Shown here piece by piece: positions 11,862-23,022 of a DNA stretch of 64,000 nt. The notes below the pieces were generated by a model that was not told the DNA's origin, searched no databases, and worked only from the letters and a program-made list of their open reading frames with translations. The stretch's first letter is position 1. Each line of letters starts with the position of its first letter. Origin of the DNA: Selaginella moellendorffii (Eukaryota > Plantae > Lycopodiophyta); the NCBI RefSeq assembly GCF_000143415.4, contig NW_003314429.1, forward strand, positions 62,001 to 126,000, read 5' to 3'. Position numbers and translations under genes: made by a program.

Positions 11862-14800
11862 ATGGCAGCCAGGAGTGGAGGCACTCGGCTCCACTGGCTC
11901 GCGGTGATTCAATTCGTGGCTTTGGTGGCAACCGTGGGCAATGCTGCAACGCCCGCACTAGCAGAAGCTGAAGGAGGCGCTGAAACCAAGACTTACACTT
12001 ACAGCTCTCCACCACCGCCATCACCGGTTTACGAGTACAAGTCTCCCCCTCCGCCGGTCTATGAGTACAAATCGCCGCCCCCCCCTCCGCCGGTTTACAA
12101 GTACAAATCGCCGCCACCTCCTCCGCCTTACTACTACAAATCTCCGCCTCCGCCTCCTCCCTACAAGTATGAATCGCCGCCTCCGCCTCCCTACAAGTAC
12201 GAGTCGCCGCCTCCACCACCGTACTACTACAAATCACCTCCGCCGCCCCCATACAAGTATGAATCGCCGCCGCCACCACCATACAAGTATGAATCGCCGC
12301 CGCCACCACCATACAAGTATGAATCGCCTCCTCCACCACCATATAAGTACGAATCGCCACCGCCACCACCATACAAGTACGAGTCGCCTCCTCCACCTCC
12401 GTACAAGTATGAATCGCCTCCTCCCCCACCATACTACTACAAATCACCACCACCACCTCCTTACAAGTATGAATCTCCCCCTCCACCTCCATATTACTAC
12501 AAATCTCCACCCCCGCCACCACCTTACTACTACAAATCACCACCACCACCTTCTCCTGTCTACAAATATAAATCTCCACCACCACCACCTTACAAGTACG
12601 AATCTCCTCCTCCACCTCCATACTATTACAAGTCTCCACCACCACCGCCGTATTACTACAAGTCTCCACCACCACCACCTCCAGTTTACAAATACAAATC
12701 TCCTCCTCCGCCACCATATTACTACAAATCACCACCTCCTCCATCACCAGTATATTACTACAAATCTCCTCCTCCACCAGCGTATTACTACAAATCTCCC
12801 CCACCGCCTGTCTACTATTACAAATCCCCGCCACCTCCAGCTTACCACTACCAATCGCCACCCCCACCAAGTTACAAGCTGGTAGTGGTCACGGGCAAGG
12901 TCTATTGCAACAGATGCTGGAACACCACAAGCAGATACCTTCAGGCATCACCACATGGGTCTGCTAGGTACATTCTCAATTGCATTGTATTCGATATTGT
13001 TCTCCTCACTCATTTCCTCTTGATACTGTGTGCAATAATGCAGGTGGCAAAGTGAAGATCACATGTGGCGAATCTTACTACTACGGCTACACCAACAAGC
13101 ATGGAATCTTTAGAATTGAGCTCCCGCACCAATCCTGGGAAGAAGCAAGCAGCTGCAAGGCCAAGATTATCAAGAGCAGCTACATCAAGTCGTCATGCAA
13201 TGTCATCACGGACTACAGGTCTGGTGCAACAGGGGCCAAGCTCAAGTTCAAATCGAAAACAGAGAAGGAGCTCGTCTTGACAGCCGGTCCTTTCATCTAT
13301 GCAACTCCAGAGCCATCGTCAGTCTGCTTCTACACATCACCTCCCTATGAGTACAAGTCACCTCCGCCACCAACACCGGTCTACCATTACGCCTCTCCGC
13401 CACCTCCGGTCTACTACTACAAATCGCCACCTCCTCCTTCACCGGTTTACTACTACAAATCCCCTCCTCCTCCTTCGCCGGTCTACTATTACAAATCCCC
13501 GCCTCCACCACCATACTATTACAAGTCCCCACCTCCACCTCCGCCTAAGTATTACTACAAGTCGCCCCCACCACCGTCTCCATACTATTACAAATCCCCG
13601 CCCCCTCCACCGTACTATTACAAATCCCCACCACCACCTCCCTACAAATACGAATCGCCGCCGCCTCCTCCTTACAAATACGAGTCCCCACCTCCACCAC
13701 CTTACTATTACAAGTCCCCACCACCACCTCCATACAAATATGAATCCCCGCCACCTCCAGTCTACAAATATGAGTCTCCGCCACCCCCAGTTTACAAATA
13801 CAAGTCGCCACCACCACCATACAAGTACGAGTCACCACCACCACCTCCATACAAGTATGAATCCCCGCCACCTCCACCTTATTACTACAAGTCCCCTCCA
13901 CCACCACCATACAAGTACGAGTCGCCACCACCTCCTCCGTACAAGTATGAATCTCCACCACCACCAGTTTACAAATACAAGTCACCTCCGCCGCCACCTT
14001 ATTACTACAAATCCCCACCGCCACCTCCATACAAGTACGAGTCTCCACCTCCTCCTCCGTACAAGTATGAATCTCCACCACCACCACCTTATTACTACAA
14101 ATCCCCCCCGCCACCTCCATACAAGTACGAGTCACCGCCTCCTCCTCCGTACAAGTATGAATCTCCACCACCGCCAGTTTACAAATACAAGTCACCCCCG
14201 CCACCACCTTATTACTACAAATCCCCGCCACCACCTCCATACAAGTACGAGTCTCCACCTCCTCCTCCGTACAAGTATGAATCTCCACCACCACCTCCTT
14301 ATTACTACAAATCCCCGCCGCCACCTCCCTACAAGTATGAATCCCCGCCACCACCTCCCTACAAATACGAGTCACCTCCACCACCACCTTACTATTACAA
14401 ATCTCCTCCACCGCCTCCATACAAGTATGAGTCGCCACCACCACCAGTCTACAAATACGAGTCTCCGCCACCCCCAGTTTACAAATACAAGTCGCCCCCT
14501 CCACCTTATTACTACAAGTCTCCGCCACCCCCGCCATACAAATATGAATCCCCACCTCCACCTCCCTACAAGTATGAATCGCCTCCTCCTCCACCTTACT
14601 ACTACAAGTCCCCTCCACCACCTCCCTACAAATATGAATCCCCGCCACCACCTCCCTATAAATACGAGTCACCACCACCACCACCTTACTATTACAAATC
14701 TCCTCCACCGCCTCCATACAAGTATGAGTCGCCACCACCACCTCCCTACAAATACGAGTCACCACCACCACCACCTTACAAGTATGAATCCCCACCTCCA

Positions 14801-14977
14801 CCTCCGTACAAGTATGAATCACCTCCACCGCCTCCATACAAGTATGAATCCCCTCCTCCACCTCCCTACAAATACGAGTCACCACCCCCACCACCTTATT
14901 ACTACAAATCGCCTCCGCCACCGGAGTATCAATCACCTCCTTACGTGTATAAATCTCCACCTCCACCCTCGTACTAG
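11862..14977 (+). CDS. Chimeric extensin: signal peptide, Ser-Pro4/5 Tyr-rich repeats, Pollen Ole e 1 domain, second extensin array
   Basis: Hydrophobic N-terminus; repeated SPPPPPYKYE, SPPPPPYYYK and SPPPPVYKYK; central VVTGKVYCNRC...KVKITC...TNKHGIFRIEL...CKAKII...C. One intron ends at the AG at 13043; its donor is ambiguous (see findings). Confidence 0.88.
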
Positions 14978-15708
14978 GAGCTAAGGAGCATTTGATTTTC
15001 AGGTGAGAAATCTATAGAACCACAGTTCCTAGTTTTAACAAGTTTTCAAATTCATCAGGTTGTAAGAAGAGGACGTCGAAGTAGATACGGATGTGTAGAT
15101 TGGGATCTCGTTGGCTTTGAGTAGCAATTTGTTTCCACCATCGAAGTCTTCTCTCCGCAATCTTCTCAAGGCGCTCACAAAGCGCTCAGGGGCAGTTTTG
15201 AAGTGCAGCGGGACCCCTGCAAAATAAGCACAGGCTTGTTGAGGAAGTTTGAGAGCTTTTGTTGGTTGCCAATAAACACAGGGAATTAGCGCATATGTGC
15301 GCCCTCCTGGCTTCCAGTTGTGAACGATTCTGAAGTAAATAATTTGATTCTGCGACTAGAAAGCATGCTGGACCATTCTGGAAGTGTCTCCAGGACTGCC
15401 AAAAGGCTAAATCCAAGATTTTCAAAAGGATCCGTCTTTCTTCTAAGAAGATCGATCTTCTTAGAAGATCTTGACGTCGCAAGCAAGACCTGAGATCAAG
15501 GTTCACAATGTAGGAGTCGATTGCGGGCATTGAATGAACGAAAGGAAATCCTGGCCAGTCTCTCCTTTTCTAGCTCGACACCCGGCAATCCAGAAGAAAA
15601 GGCTGCTCGATCGTATTTTCCATACGAGGACTTTTATGCCGCATTGATCGTTGCTGCTCACCACTTTGACAATGAAAGGTTTGAAACTCAAGACTAGTTC
15701 CTGTGTAG

Positions 15709-15778
15709 AAAATGCCAAAAGAAAATCCACATCATAGAAATGTAAAAAATGCCAAAAGAAAACCACATCATAGAAATG
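15709..15778. repeat. Short direct duplication (2 x ~34 nt)
   Basis: aaaatgccaaaagaaaa(t)ccacatcatagaaatg occurs twice in tandem. Confidence 0.8.
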
Positions 15779-16050
15779 AGCTCGTGGCCAAAAGAAATGG
15801 AGATGAGGGGCATCGATCCCCTTACCTATCGCATGCGAAGCGATCGCTCTACCATCTGAGCTACATCCCCGTTTGATCTTACCAGCCGCTGATACCAGGC
15901 ATATTCTCCGATCGCCGACTTCCTTGCAGGTTCCAATGGGCGGAAAAGAACACTTCTCGAGGGAGACATGGAAGCCTGGAATCGCAAAGGAGAGGGTAGG
16001 GTTCCTTGCTTTTTTCGCCCACCAGGTAGCTATCTCTAATTCTGCCAAGG

Positions 16051-17050
16051 ATGCCTAGAAGAAAGCTTGTGGAGATCGATGTCACGTCGGATACGGTGTG
16101 CCCCTGGTGCTACATCGGGAAGAAGAACTTGGAGCGGGCAATCGAGGCCTCGGCAGACGAATACGACTTCGAGGTAACTGGTTGGATTCATTCCTCCTCT
16201 CGAGTCTTAGAACGCTTCGATCCAATCACGCAGGTTCGATGGCGTCCCTACTTGCTGAATCCCAGCGCCCCCGTCGAGGGTGTTGATAAGCTTGCTTATT
16301 ACAAGTCCAAGTTTGGAGAAGGTCGATTTTCTTCTATCGTGGGCCGATTGAGCAAGGTTTTTTTTACTGTGATGATCTAGCAAATGCTTATTAGTAAGTC
16401 TAAGATGATAAATTGGTTCTCAGGTGTTTGAGGATGTTGGACTCGAAATCAACTTTGGCGGCCTCACGTAAAGATCATCACGCTTTAATCTTTGTGTGTG
16501 TGTTAACTTTGTGGGATTTCCACAGGGGAAACACTCTGGACAGCCACAGGCTTATCGAACTGGCTGGACGTCAAGGCTATGACAAGCAGAACGCGCTTGT
16601 CGAGGAGCTCTTCCTCAACTATTTGACTCAAGAGAAATACATCGGTGACAGGTTTCTCTTCTTCTCCCTCGGCGAAGATTTGTGAGATCTCGGTTGAGCT
16701 GACATGGTCTCGTTTGATCAGGCAAGTTCTGGTGGATGCCGCGGACAAAGTTGGAGTCACGGGGGCCAGCGAGTTTCTCGCTGATCCTAATGCCGGCCTC
16801 AAGGAGGTTTGTTTGTTTCTTTTATCTCCAAGGCTTCAGCGTCGCGATGTTCTACTGTTGCGCAGGTCCTGGAACAACTCAAAAAATATGGCACTGGAGT
16901 GAATGGTGTCCCGCATTTTCTAGTAAGCACAACTCTAAACTTTGATGGTGATCACTAAACTTTCGTCGTCCTCTACAGGTGAATGGCAAGTATCAACTCT
17001 CTGGCGCCCAGCCACCCAGCTCCTTTATCGAAGTTTTCAAGAAGAGCTAG
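16051..17050 (+). CDS. DsbA/FrnE-type thioredoxin-fold oxidoreductase, multi-exon
   Basis: IDVTSDTVCPWCYIGKKNL (CxxC), VRWRPYLLNP, GNTLDSHRLI, YGTGVNGVPHF, and last exon VNGKYQLSGAQPPSSFIEVFKKS* (TAG 17048-17050). Confidence 0.9.
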
Positions 17051-17090
17051 CTAGACTTATGGTCTCTTTACATCTTCTAGTGTGAAAGAA

Positions 17091-17121
17091 TCTCTCTCTC
17101 TCTCTCTCTCTCTCCCTCTCC
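17091..17121. repeat. (CT)n microsatellite between the DsbA stop and the PPR start
   Basis: Direct read of tctctctc... run. Confidence 0.9.
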
Positions 17122-17127
17122 AGACTT

Positions 17128-19041
17128 ATGGAAGCCAGCGAGTGCCTGGCACTGCTCGATCGTTGCAAGACACTGTCCGTGGCCAAGGACATCCATTCCC
17201 GCATCCAAGGAAACGTCCACAGCTCCGCGGCCATCGCCAACAAGCTGATCGAGGTCTACGGCCGGTGTGGGAGCATCGACGATGCACGCAGGGTGTTCGA
17301 TGCCACCAATGCCAAAGACGCGGTTTCGTGGGTCGCGATGCTCTCTGTCTACACTCGCAACGGGCATCCAGAAGACGCCAAGCGCATGTTTGAGAACATG
17401 CCAGATCGATCTCCAGCGTCCTGGAATGTCATGTTGCTTGTCTACGTCCAAGCTGGGAATCTACAAGCTGCAAGGCAACTGTTTGAAGAGATGCCGGAAC
17501 AGACTCTAGTGTCCTGGAACACTATGCTCTCTGCATATGCCAAAGCCGGGCATCTTGACACAGCGAAAGAGTTGTTTGATGCAATGCCGCATCACAACAT
17601 CATCTCTTTCTCAGCTATCCTTCCCGCGTTTGTGGAGAATGGGCTCCTTGACGATGCCAGGATCTTGTTCGATTCCATGCAAGAGAGCAACCTCGTGTGC
17701 TGGAACACTCTCCTGTCGGCCTACACGCGGCACGGGCACCTCCAGGAAGCGGCTCTCCTCTTCGCCGACATGCCGGCACGGGACATTGTCTCCTACACCG
17801 CACTCTTGTCGGCTCTCTCGCAGCACAGCCGGCTAGAATATTCTAAGATCCTCTTCGAGGAGATGCCAGAGAGAAGCATCGTGTCGTGGACCGCGATGCT
17901 GACTGCATATGCCCAAAACGGGTGTCTGGCGGAAGCGAAGGAGATATTCGACAAGATGCCGGAGCGTGACTTTGTGTCATGTACTGCTATTCTTGCGGCG
18001 TACAGCGAAGCCGGGATGGTTGACAGGGCAAGGTTTTGTTTCGATCGGATGCCAGAGCGAAACATGGTTACTTGGACTACCATGCTTGCTGCATATGCCC
18101 AGCGTGGGCTTGTTGACGCCGTCGCCAAGTTGTTCCAGAAAATGCCCCAGAGTGATCTCATAGCTTGCAACACCATGGTGAGCGCATACGGTCAAAGCGG
18201 GCGGCTGGACGAGGCTGTACAGGTGTTTGAAGTGATGCCGGTGCGAAGCCTGGTGACATGGAATGCTATGCTAGCTGCTTATGCCCAAAACTGTCATCTT
18301 GAGAGCGCAAAGAAGGTATTTGATTCAATGCCTATGAAGGATCTCGTTGCCTGGACGGAAATGCTCGTAGCTTATGCCCACGCTGGTCATTTGGAAGAAG
18401 CTAAGTGTGTCTTTGACAAAATGGCACAGAGGGATGTGGTTTCCTGGAATGTAATGGTTACTGCGTTTGGCCAAAACGGCTACCTGGTTGAGGCCCAGCG
18501 GTTGTTTGAATCCATGCCATTTCACAGTGTGATGTCTTGGAACTCCATTCTGGTTGCAAACAGCCAATTTGGTGGATTGCAGGGCTCGAGATTAGTTTTT
18601 GATGAGATGCCATGCCGTGATACTGCTTCCTGGAGTGCATTGCTCTTCGCTTATGCCCAACATGGACTTGACCAGAAATGCAAGTTTCTATTCGATAGAA
18701 TGCCAGAGAAGTCTGTTGTCTCATGGAACTCCATGTTAGCCGCATACACATACAGTGGTAACTCTGTAGCAGCGATGGAGCTGTTTAGTCTCATGAAGAT
18801 GAATGAATTGCCTAACGAGACATCTTTTCATCTGGTTTTAATCGTGTGCAGCCGCAGAAGAAGCGCATCTGAAGGGAGGAGACAATTCCTTTCAATGTAC
18901 GCGGACTTTGGGATATATCAAGGAAAACAGCATTTTCACCTCGTCCTCGATCACTGGACCGAAGCCAAGGATGGATTTCCATCTGAGCCAAGCAATGCAG
19001 CTCTGGCGAAGAACCAGGTGACAGAAAACTTTCATAGTTGA
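17128..19041 (+). CDS. PLS-class PPR protein with degenerate or truncated C-terminal S2/E region
   Basis: Intronless 637 aa, about 17 PPR repeats. The tail (HFHLVLDHWTEAKDGFPSEP) departs from the HYxCxVDLLGRAG/E consensus. Confidence 0.9.
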   Translation: MEASECLALLDRCKTLSVAKDIHSRIQGNVHSSAAIANKLIEVYGRCGSIDDARRVFDATNAKDAVSWVAMLSVYTRNGHPEDAKRMFENMPDRSPASWNVMLLVYVQAGNLQAARQLFEEMPEQTLVSWNTMLSAYAKAGHLDTAKELFDAMPHHNIISFSAILPAFVENGLLDDARILFDSMQESNLVCWNTLLSAYTRHGHLQEAALLFADMPARDIVSYTALLSALSQHSRLEYSKILFEEMPERSIVSWTAMLTAYAQNGCLAEAKEIFDKMPERDFVSCTAILAAYSEAGMVDRARFCFDRMPERNMVTWTTMLAAYAQRGLVDAVAKLFQKMPQSDLIACNTMVSAYGQSGRLDEAVQVFEVMPVRSLVTWNAMLAAYAQNCHLESAKKVFDSMPMKDLVAWTEMLVAYAHAGHLEEAKCVFDKMAQRDVVSWNVMVTAFGQNGYLVEAQRLFESMPFHSVMSWNSILVANSQFGGLQGSRLVFDEMPCRDTASWSALLFAYAQHGLDQKCKFLFDRMPEKSVVSWNSMLAAYTYSGNSVAAMELFSLMKMNELPNETSFHLVLIVCSRRRSASEGRRQFLSMYADFGIYQGKQHFHLVLDHWTEAKDGFPSEPSNAALAKNQVTENFHS

Positions 19042-20891
19042 CATACTCTTTTCAAGGCATTTGACAGGAGAATGTATGGCAACCGGTTTTGCTCATCGAC
19101 TCCGACGGCATTCCTTGCAGCAGCCGCTCCCTGCTGCGTGTCACCATGGATATCACACGCAGAGAGGAGAGTGGCCCAATTCTTGAGCTCTGGAACGTAT
19201 GGCATGCTCTCGATCAGCCCTTTAGCCTCGTCAAGCTGCCCAGCTCGAGCAAGAAGATCGACAATGCAGCGGAAATGGCTGGCTCGGGCATCCAAGCCGT
19301 AATCCAGGTCCATGAACACGAAGTGCCGCCATGCCAAACCGAAGAATCCCTCGTGTCCCAAGGCCGAGATGAGACTGAGCAGTGTGATCTCGTTGGGATC
19401 CCAGCCGTCCAGCTTCATCAACTGGAAGAGCTCAAGAACACACCTCACGCGCTTCAAACTCCGCTCCCTGCGTCGCTGCTGCTCCTGCGGCCGACTGGAA
19501 TCCTCTCGTCGCGTGTAGACCTGCAGCATCATGTTCCATGCCACCACCGTGCGCTCCGGCATCATTCGAAAGAGCTTCCTGGCCTCAGTGTGATGCCCGC
19601 TTCGAGAATACGCAGTTATCATGGATGACCATGAAATGCTGTCTTTTACGTGCATGCTATCAAAAACTTTCCTTGAAACGTCTAAGAATCCCGCTTGGAT
19701 GTAAGCGAAGTTCATAGCGTTACACGCTGCCAGACTTTGACACGGCATTTCTACAAATAAACTCCTGGCTTCCTCTACATGCCCGACTTGGGCATATGCC
19801 GCCAGCATGGTAGTCCACGTCACTTGGTCACGGACGGGCATGGAGTCAAAGATGTCTCGGGCTTGTTCCACGTGTCCGTGGTCGCAGTAGCCTGCCACCA
19901 GGGACGTCCACGTCACTATATCCCTGGCGGGCATGCTGTCAAACAGCGTCATGGCAGCTCCAAGGTGGTTGTTCTTCGCGTAGCCTTCAACCATTGCATT
20001 GCAAGCAATGCCATTCCACACGGGCATTCGATCAAACAGCGCCTTGGCATCATCTAGCTTGCTGCTTCTCAACAGAATTACTAGCATTGTAGTGAAAGAC
20101 ACCTCGTCCCTCTCTGGCATCATTTCGAAAAACTCAATCGCTTCATTCAGCCTCCTGTCGCCATCGCCATCTTGCGAATGTGCCGCAAGCATGCTGTTCC
20201 AGGCTATTAGATCCTGCTCTGGCATCTCACTAAAGATCTGCTTCGCAATGTCGAAATGCCCACTTGCGGCATTTGCTGTGATAATGGCATTCCATGCGAC
20301 GGTACCATGTTCGGGCATTTTCTCAAAAGTATCCCTTGCCTTTGAAATCTCTTTGTTTAGTGTGTAGCCTTGCAGCATTGCGTTGTACGTTATTTCATTC
20401 CGAACAGGCATTGAATCAAACAGAAGTTTTGCGTTTTCCAGATCCTCGCCTTTGGCATATGCTAAAACCATGGCAGTCCATGATACAACATCCCTCTCCG
20501 GCATGTCCTTAAACAGCGTGCTTGCTTGATCAAAGTTTCCAATGTCAGCATACGCGGCTATAATAGTATTCCAAGAAACAAGATCTCTTTGAGGCATCGA
20601 ATCAAACATAGACCTCGCTTGTCCCAAATGCCCATTCTGGGCAAGTGCAGACATCATGATGTTCCAGGAGAAAACGTTGGGCTTGTAAAGTTGGTGAAAC
20701 ACCAGCCATGCTTGCTCGAGCTGCCCACACCTTCCATACATGTCTACCAAAAGATTTCCGAGGTATCTGTTTGATCTGTGCTCGCTAGCATTGATCTGTG
20801 CGTGAACACATCGTCCTCGGTCGAGGTCCTTGGAATTGCCGCATGATCTGACAAGGGACCCAAACCTCGCGAGCTCCTCGATGGATTGCAT
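19032..20891 (-). CDS. PLS-E class PPR protein
   Basis: Intronless ORF; first ATG at 20891 (the track start at 20930 is TTG). PPR repeats, then HFRCIVDLLARAGQL, WATLLSACDIHG and PYILLSN. Confidence 0.92.
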   Translation of the reverse strand: MQSIEELARFGSLVRSCGNSKDLDRGRCVHAQINASEHRSNRYLGNLLVDMYGRCGQLEQAWLVFHQLYKPNVFSWNIMMSALAQNGHLGQARSMFDSMPQRDLVSWNTIIAAYADIGNFDQASTLFKDMPERDVVSWTAMVLAYAKGEDLENAKLLFDSMPVRNEITYNAMLQGYTLNKEISKARDTFEKMPEHGTVAWNAIITANAASGHFDIAKQIFSEMPEQDLIAWNSMLAAHSQDGDGDRRLNEAIEFFEMMPERDEVSFTTMLVILLRSSKLDDAKALFDRMPVWNGIACNAMVEGYAKNNHLGAAMTLFDSMPARDIVTWTSLVAGYCDHGHVEQARDIFDSMPVRDQVTWTTMLAAYAQVGHVEEARSLFVEMPCQSLAACNAMNFAYIQAGFLDVSRKVFDSMHVKDSISWSSMITAYSRSGHHTEARKLFRMMPERTVVAWNMMLQVYTRREDSSRPQEQQRRRERSLKRVRCVLELFQLMKLDGWDPNEITLLSLISALGHEGFFGLAWRHFVFMDLDYGLDARASHFRCIVDLLARAGQLDEAKGLIESMPYVPELKNWATLLSACDIHGDTQQGAAAARNAVGVDEQNRLPYILLSNALKRVCQL

Positions 20892-20988
20892 TGTTTCTCT
20901 CGAGCGCGTGGGCGATAGCGATTCATCCAAGAATGGTGGATGCCTCTCGCAATCTCTTGTGCCATATACTAAGATATGATTGTGTCAA

Positions 20989-22500
20989 ATGCTTGCGAGG
21001 CAAGAGCGCATCGAGCACTATGCATCGCTCATCCGATCTTGCCAAGATACACGCCAGGGGAGACAACTCCACGAGCGCGTCCTGGGCAGCGAGTTTCGGA
21101 GGAACAGATACTTGGGCAATTTGTTGGTAGAGATGTATGGCAAATGCGGGGATGTAGAGAGCGCAAGGCAGGCGTTCCGAGAGGTCTATGAGCCCAACAC
21201 AATCTCGTGGAATATAATGATCGCGGCGCTCTCCGATAACGGCTACGTTGAGGACGCTCGTGCCGTGTTTGATCAAACGCCTTACAAAGATGGTGTCTCC
21301 TGGAACACCATTCTTGCAGCATATGCCCAAGCGGGGCATATTGTAGAGGCGCGTAAAATCTTTGAGGAAATGCCAGCGAAAGACGAGGCATCCTTTACCG
21401 CTTTGATTTCGGCTCTTGGGAGGATTGGAGAGGTGAGGGCTGCCAAGACCATCTTTGATGGCATGCCGGTGTGGAACACCATGTCGTGGAACACCATGCT
21501 CCAGGTATTTTCGACGAATTCTTATGTAGAAGAAGCGGAGAAGATGTTTGAAACGCTGCTGGAGAAGAATGTTGTGTCGTGGACTGCTATGATCGCCGCG
21601 TGTGGTGAGCAAGGAAACCCGGAGAAAGCCAGGGGATACTTTGACACGATGCCTCTCTTTGATCTTGTAGCTTGGTGTAGCATTGTCACCGCATATGCCC
21701 AAAATGCGCATGCTGGAGAGGCCAAGTTTTTGTTCGACATGATGCCTGAGCACAACCTGGTCGTCTTTAATGTCATGGTTCTGGCTTACGCACAAAACGG
21801 AAACTTTGATGAAGCACGCAGCATGTTTGAGCAAATGCCGTTCCGGGACTCAGTCTCTTGGACTGCCATGGGAACGGCATATGCGCAAAATGGGCATCTC
21901 CAAGAAGCATGGAAAGTGTTTGAGGTCATGCCGGAGAAGAACTTGGTATCTTGGAACGCTATGATACAAGCCGTCTCGCAAATCGGAAGGCTGGATGCGA
22001 TGGCCGAGCTGGGATACTCTCGGCTGCTCAACGATCGTAATAGAAACCAATGGAGGACTCTGAGAGACAAGAGCGTAGCGGAGGCTCTTGGCCACCTCTA
22101 TCTCATGCTTCTCGATGGCTGGGAGCCAAACGAGGTGACATACTTGAGCTTGGTTTCCGCTTGCGGTCACGCAGGGATGCTGAAAGACGCATTGTCCCAC
22201 TTCAAGGCAATGACTTTCGACCACCGCCTGCGTCCTCAAGCCGGCCACTTCAGGTCCATTCTGGATCTCCTGAGCCGCGCAGGGAGACTGGCCGAGGCCA
22301 AGGATCTCATCCAAAACATGCCGTTTGTCCCGGAGACTCCTGCGTGGGCGACGCTACTTTCGGCTTGTGGAACACAAGGTGACTCGAGACAGGAAAGTTC
22401 TAGCGTTGCACAGAGTGTGCTCGAGATGAGGTCCGGGAGCTGTGGATCCTACGTTCTCATCTCCAATCTATACTCCGCAAAGAAGTACGCAAGACAGTGA
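20989..22500 (+). CDS. PLS-E class PPR protein
   Basis: First ATG at 20989. PPR repeats, then HFRSILDLLSRAGRL, WATLLSACG and SYVLISNLYS. Confidence 0.92.
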   Translation: MLARQERIEHYASLIRSCQDTRQGRQLHERVLGSEFRRNRYLGNLLVEMYGKCGDVESARQAFREVYEPNTISWNIMIAALSDNGYVEDARAVFDQTPYKDGVSWNTILAAYAQAGHIVEARKIFEEMPAKDEASFTALISALGRIGEVRAAKTIFDGMPVWNTMSWNTMLQVFSTNSYVEEAEKMFETLLEKNVVSWTAMIAACGEQGNPEKARGYFDTMPLFDLVAWCSIVTAYAQNAHAGEAKFLFDMMPEHNLVVFNVMVLAYAQNGNFDEARSMFEQMPFRDSVSWTAMGTAYAQNGHLQEAWKVFEVMPEKNLVSWNAMIQAVSQIGRLDAMAELGYSRLLNDRNRNQWRTLRDKSVAEALGHLYLMLLDGWEPNEVTYLSLVSACGHAGMLKDALSHFKAMTFDHRLRPQAGHFRSILDLLSRAGRLAEAKDLIQNMPFVPETPAWATLLSACGTQGDSRQESSSVAQSVLEMRSGSCGSYVLISNLYSAKKYARQ

Positions 22501-23022
22501 ATCGCTCTCTGGCGAAGCGACGAACTTAGAGAGCCAAAGTTGCATCTCTTCCATGGAAGGACGCCAAAGGAAGGACGGCATAGACAAAATGCCAAACTTC
22601 TGTGCGTCTCGGTCCGAGGTAGTGACGCTGGCAAGAGACAAGAGGGAAGGCTCAAGCTTAAAGATCCAAGGACAAGCTCTCCGGTGGGATTCGAGCGGGA
22701 GAGAAGTAGGCCAGCAGCATCGAAACAAGAGCACACGCCAAAACCATCGCTCGAATCAGTAAGATCATTAAGAGAACACTAAGTGAAAAGACACAAAGTA
22801 GAAGAAAAGAAAAGCCTCCATTTTTATTTACAAACGCAAAGTCCCACTAGTACTACGATCAATCGTTTTATCATGAGCAGCACCCAGCTTTCTTTTTTGT
22901 TCTTGGATCCTCACAGTGATGGGCGATGCGATCGGCGAGGAAAGAGGCAGTTCATCACCATCACGTACTGTCGAGAAAGGGAAGCTTGGCGAGGAGCCAC
23001 ATATATAAATATACCATCGCGA

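Noticed and set aside
11857-14984. Long antisense (Val/Glu/Cys-rich) and off-frame (His/Thr/Arg-rich) ORFs over the extensin
   Set aside because: Expected stop-free shadows of the repetitive Ser-Pro-Tyr codons.
15503-16048. 181-aa minus-strand ORF
   Set aside because: No motif, includes a tandem repeat, and lies in the DsbA upstream region.
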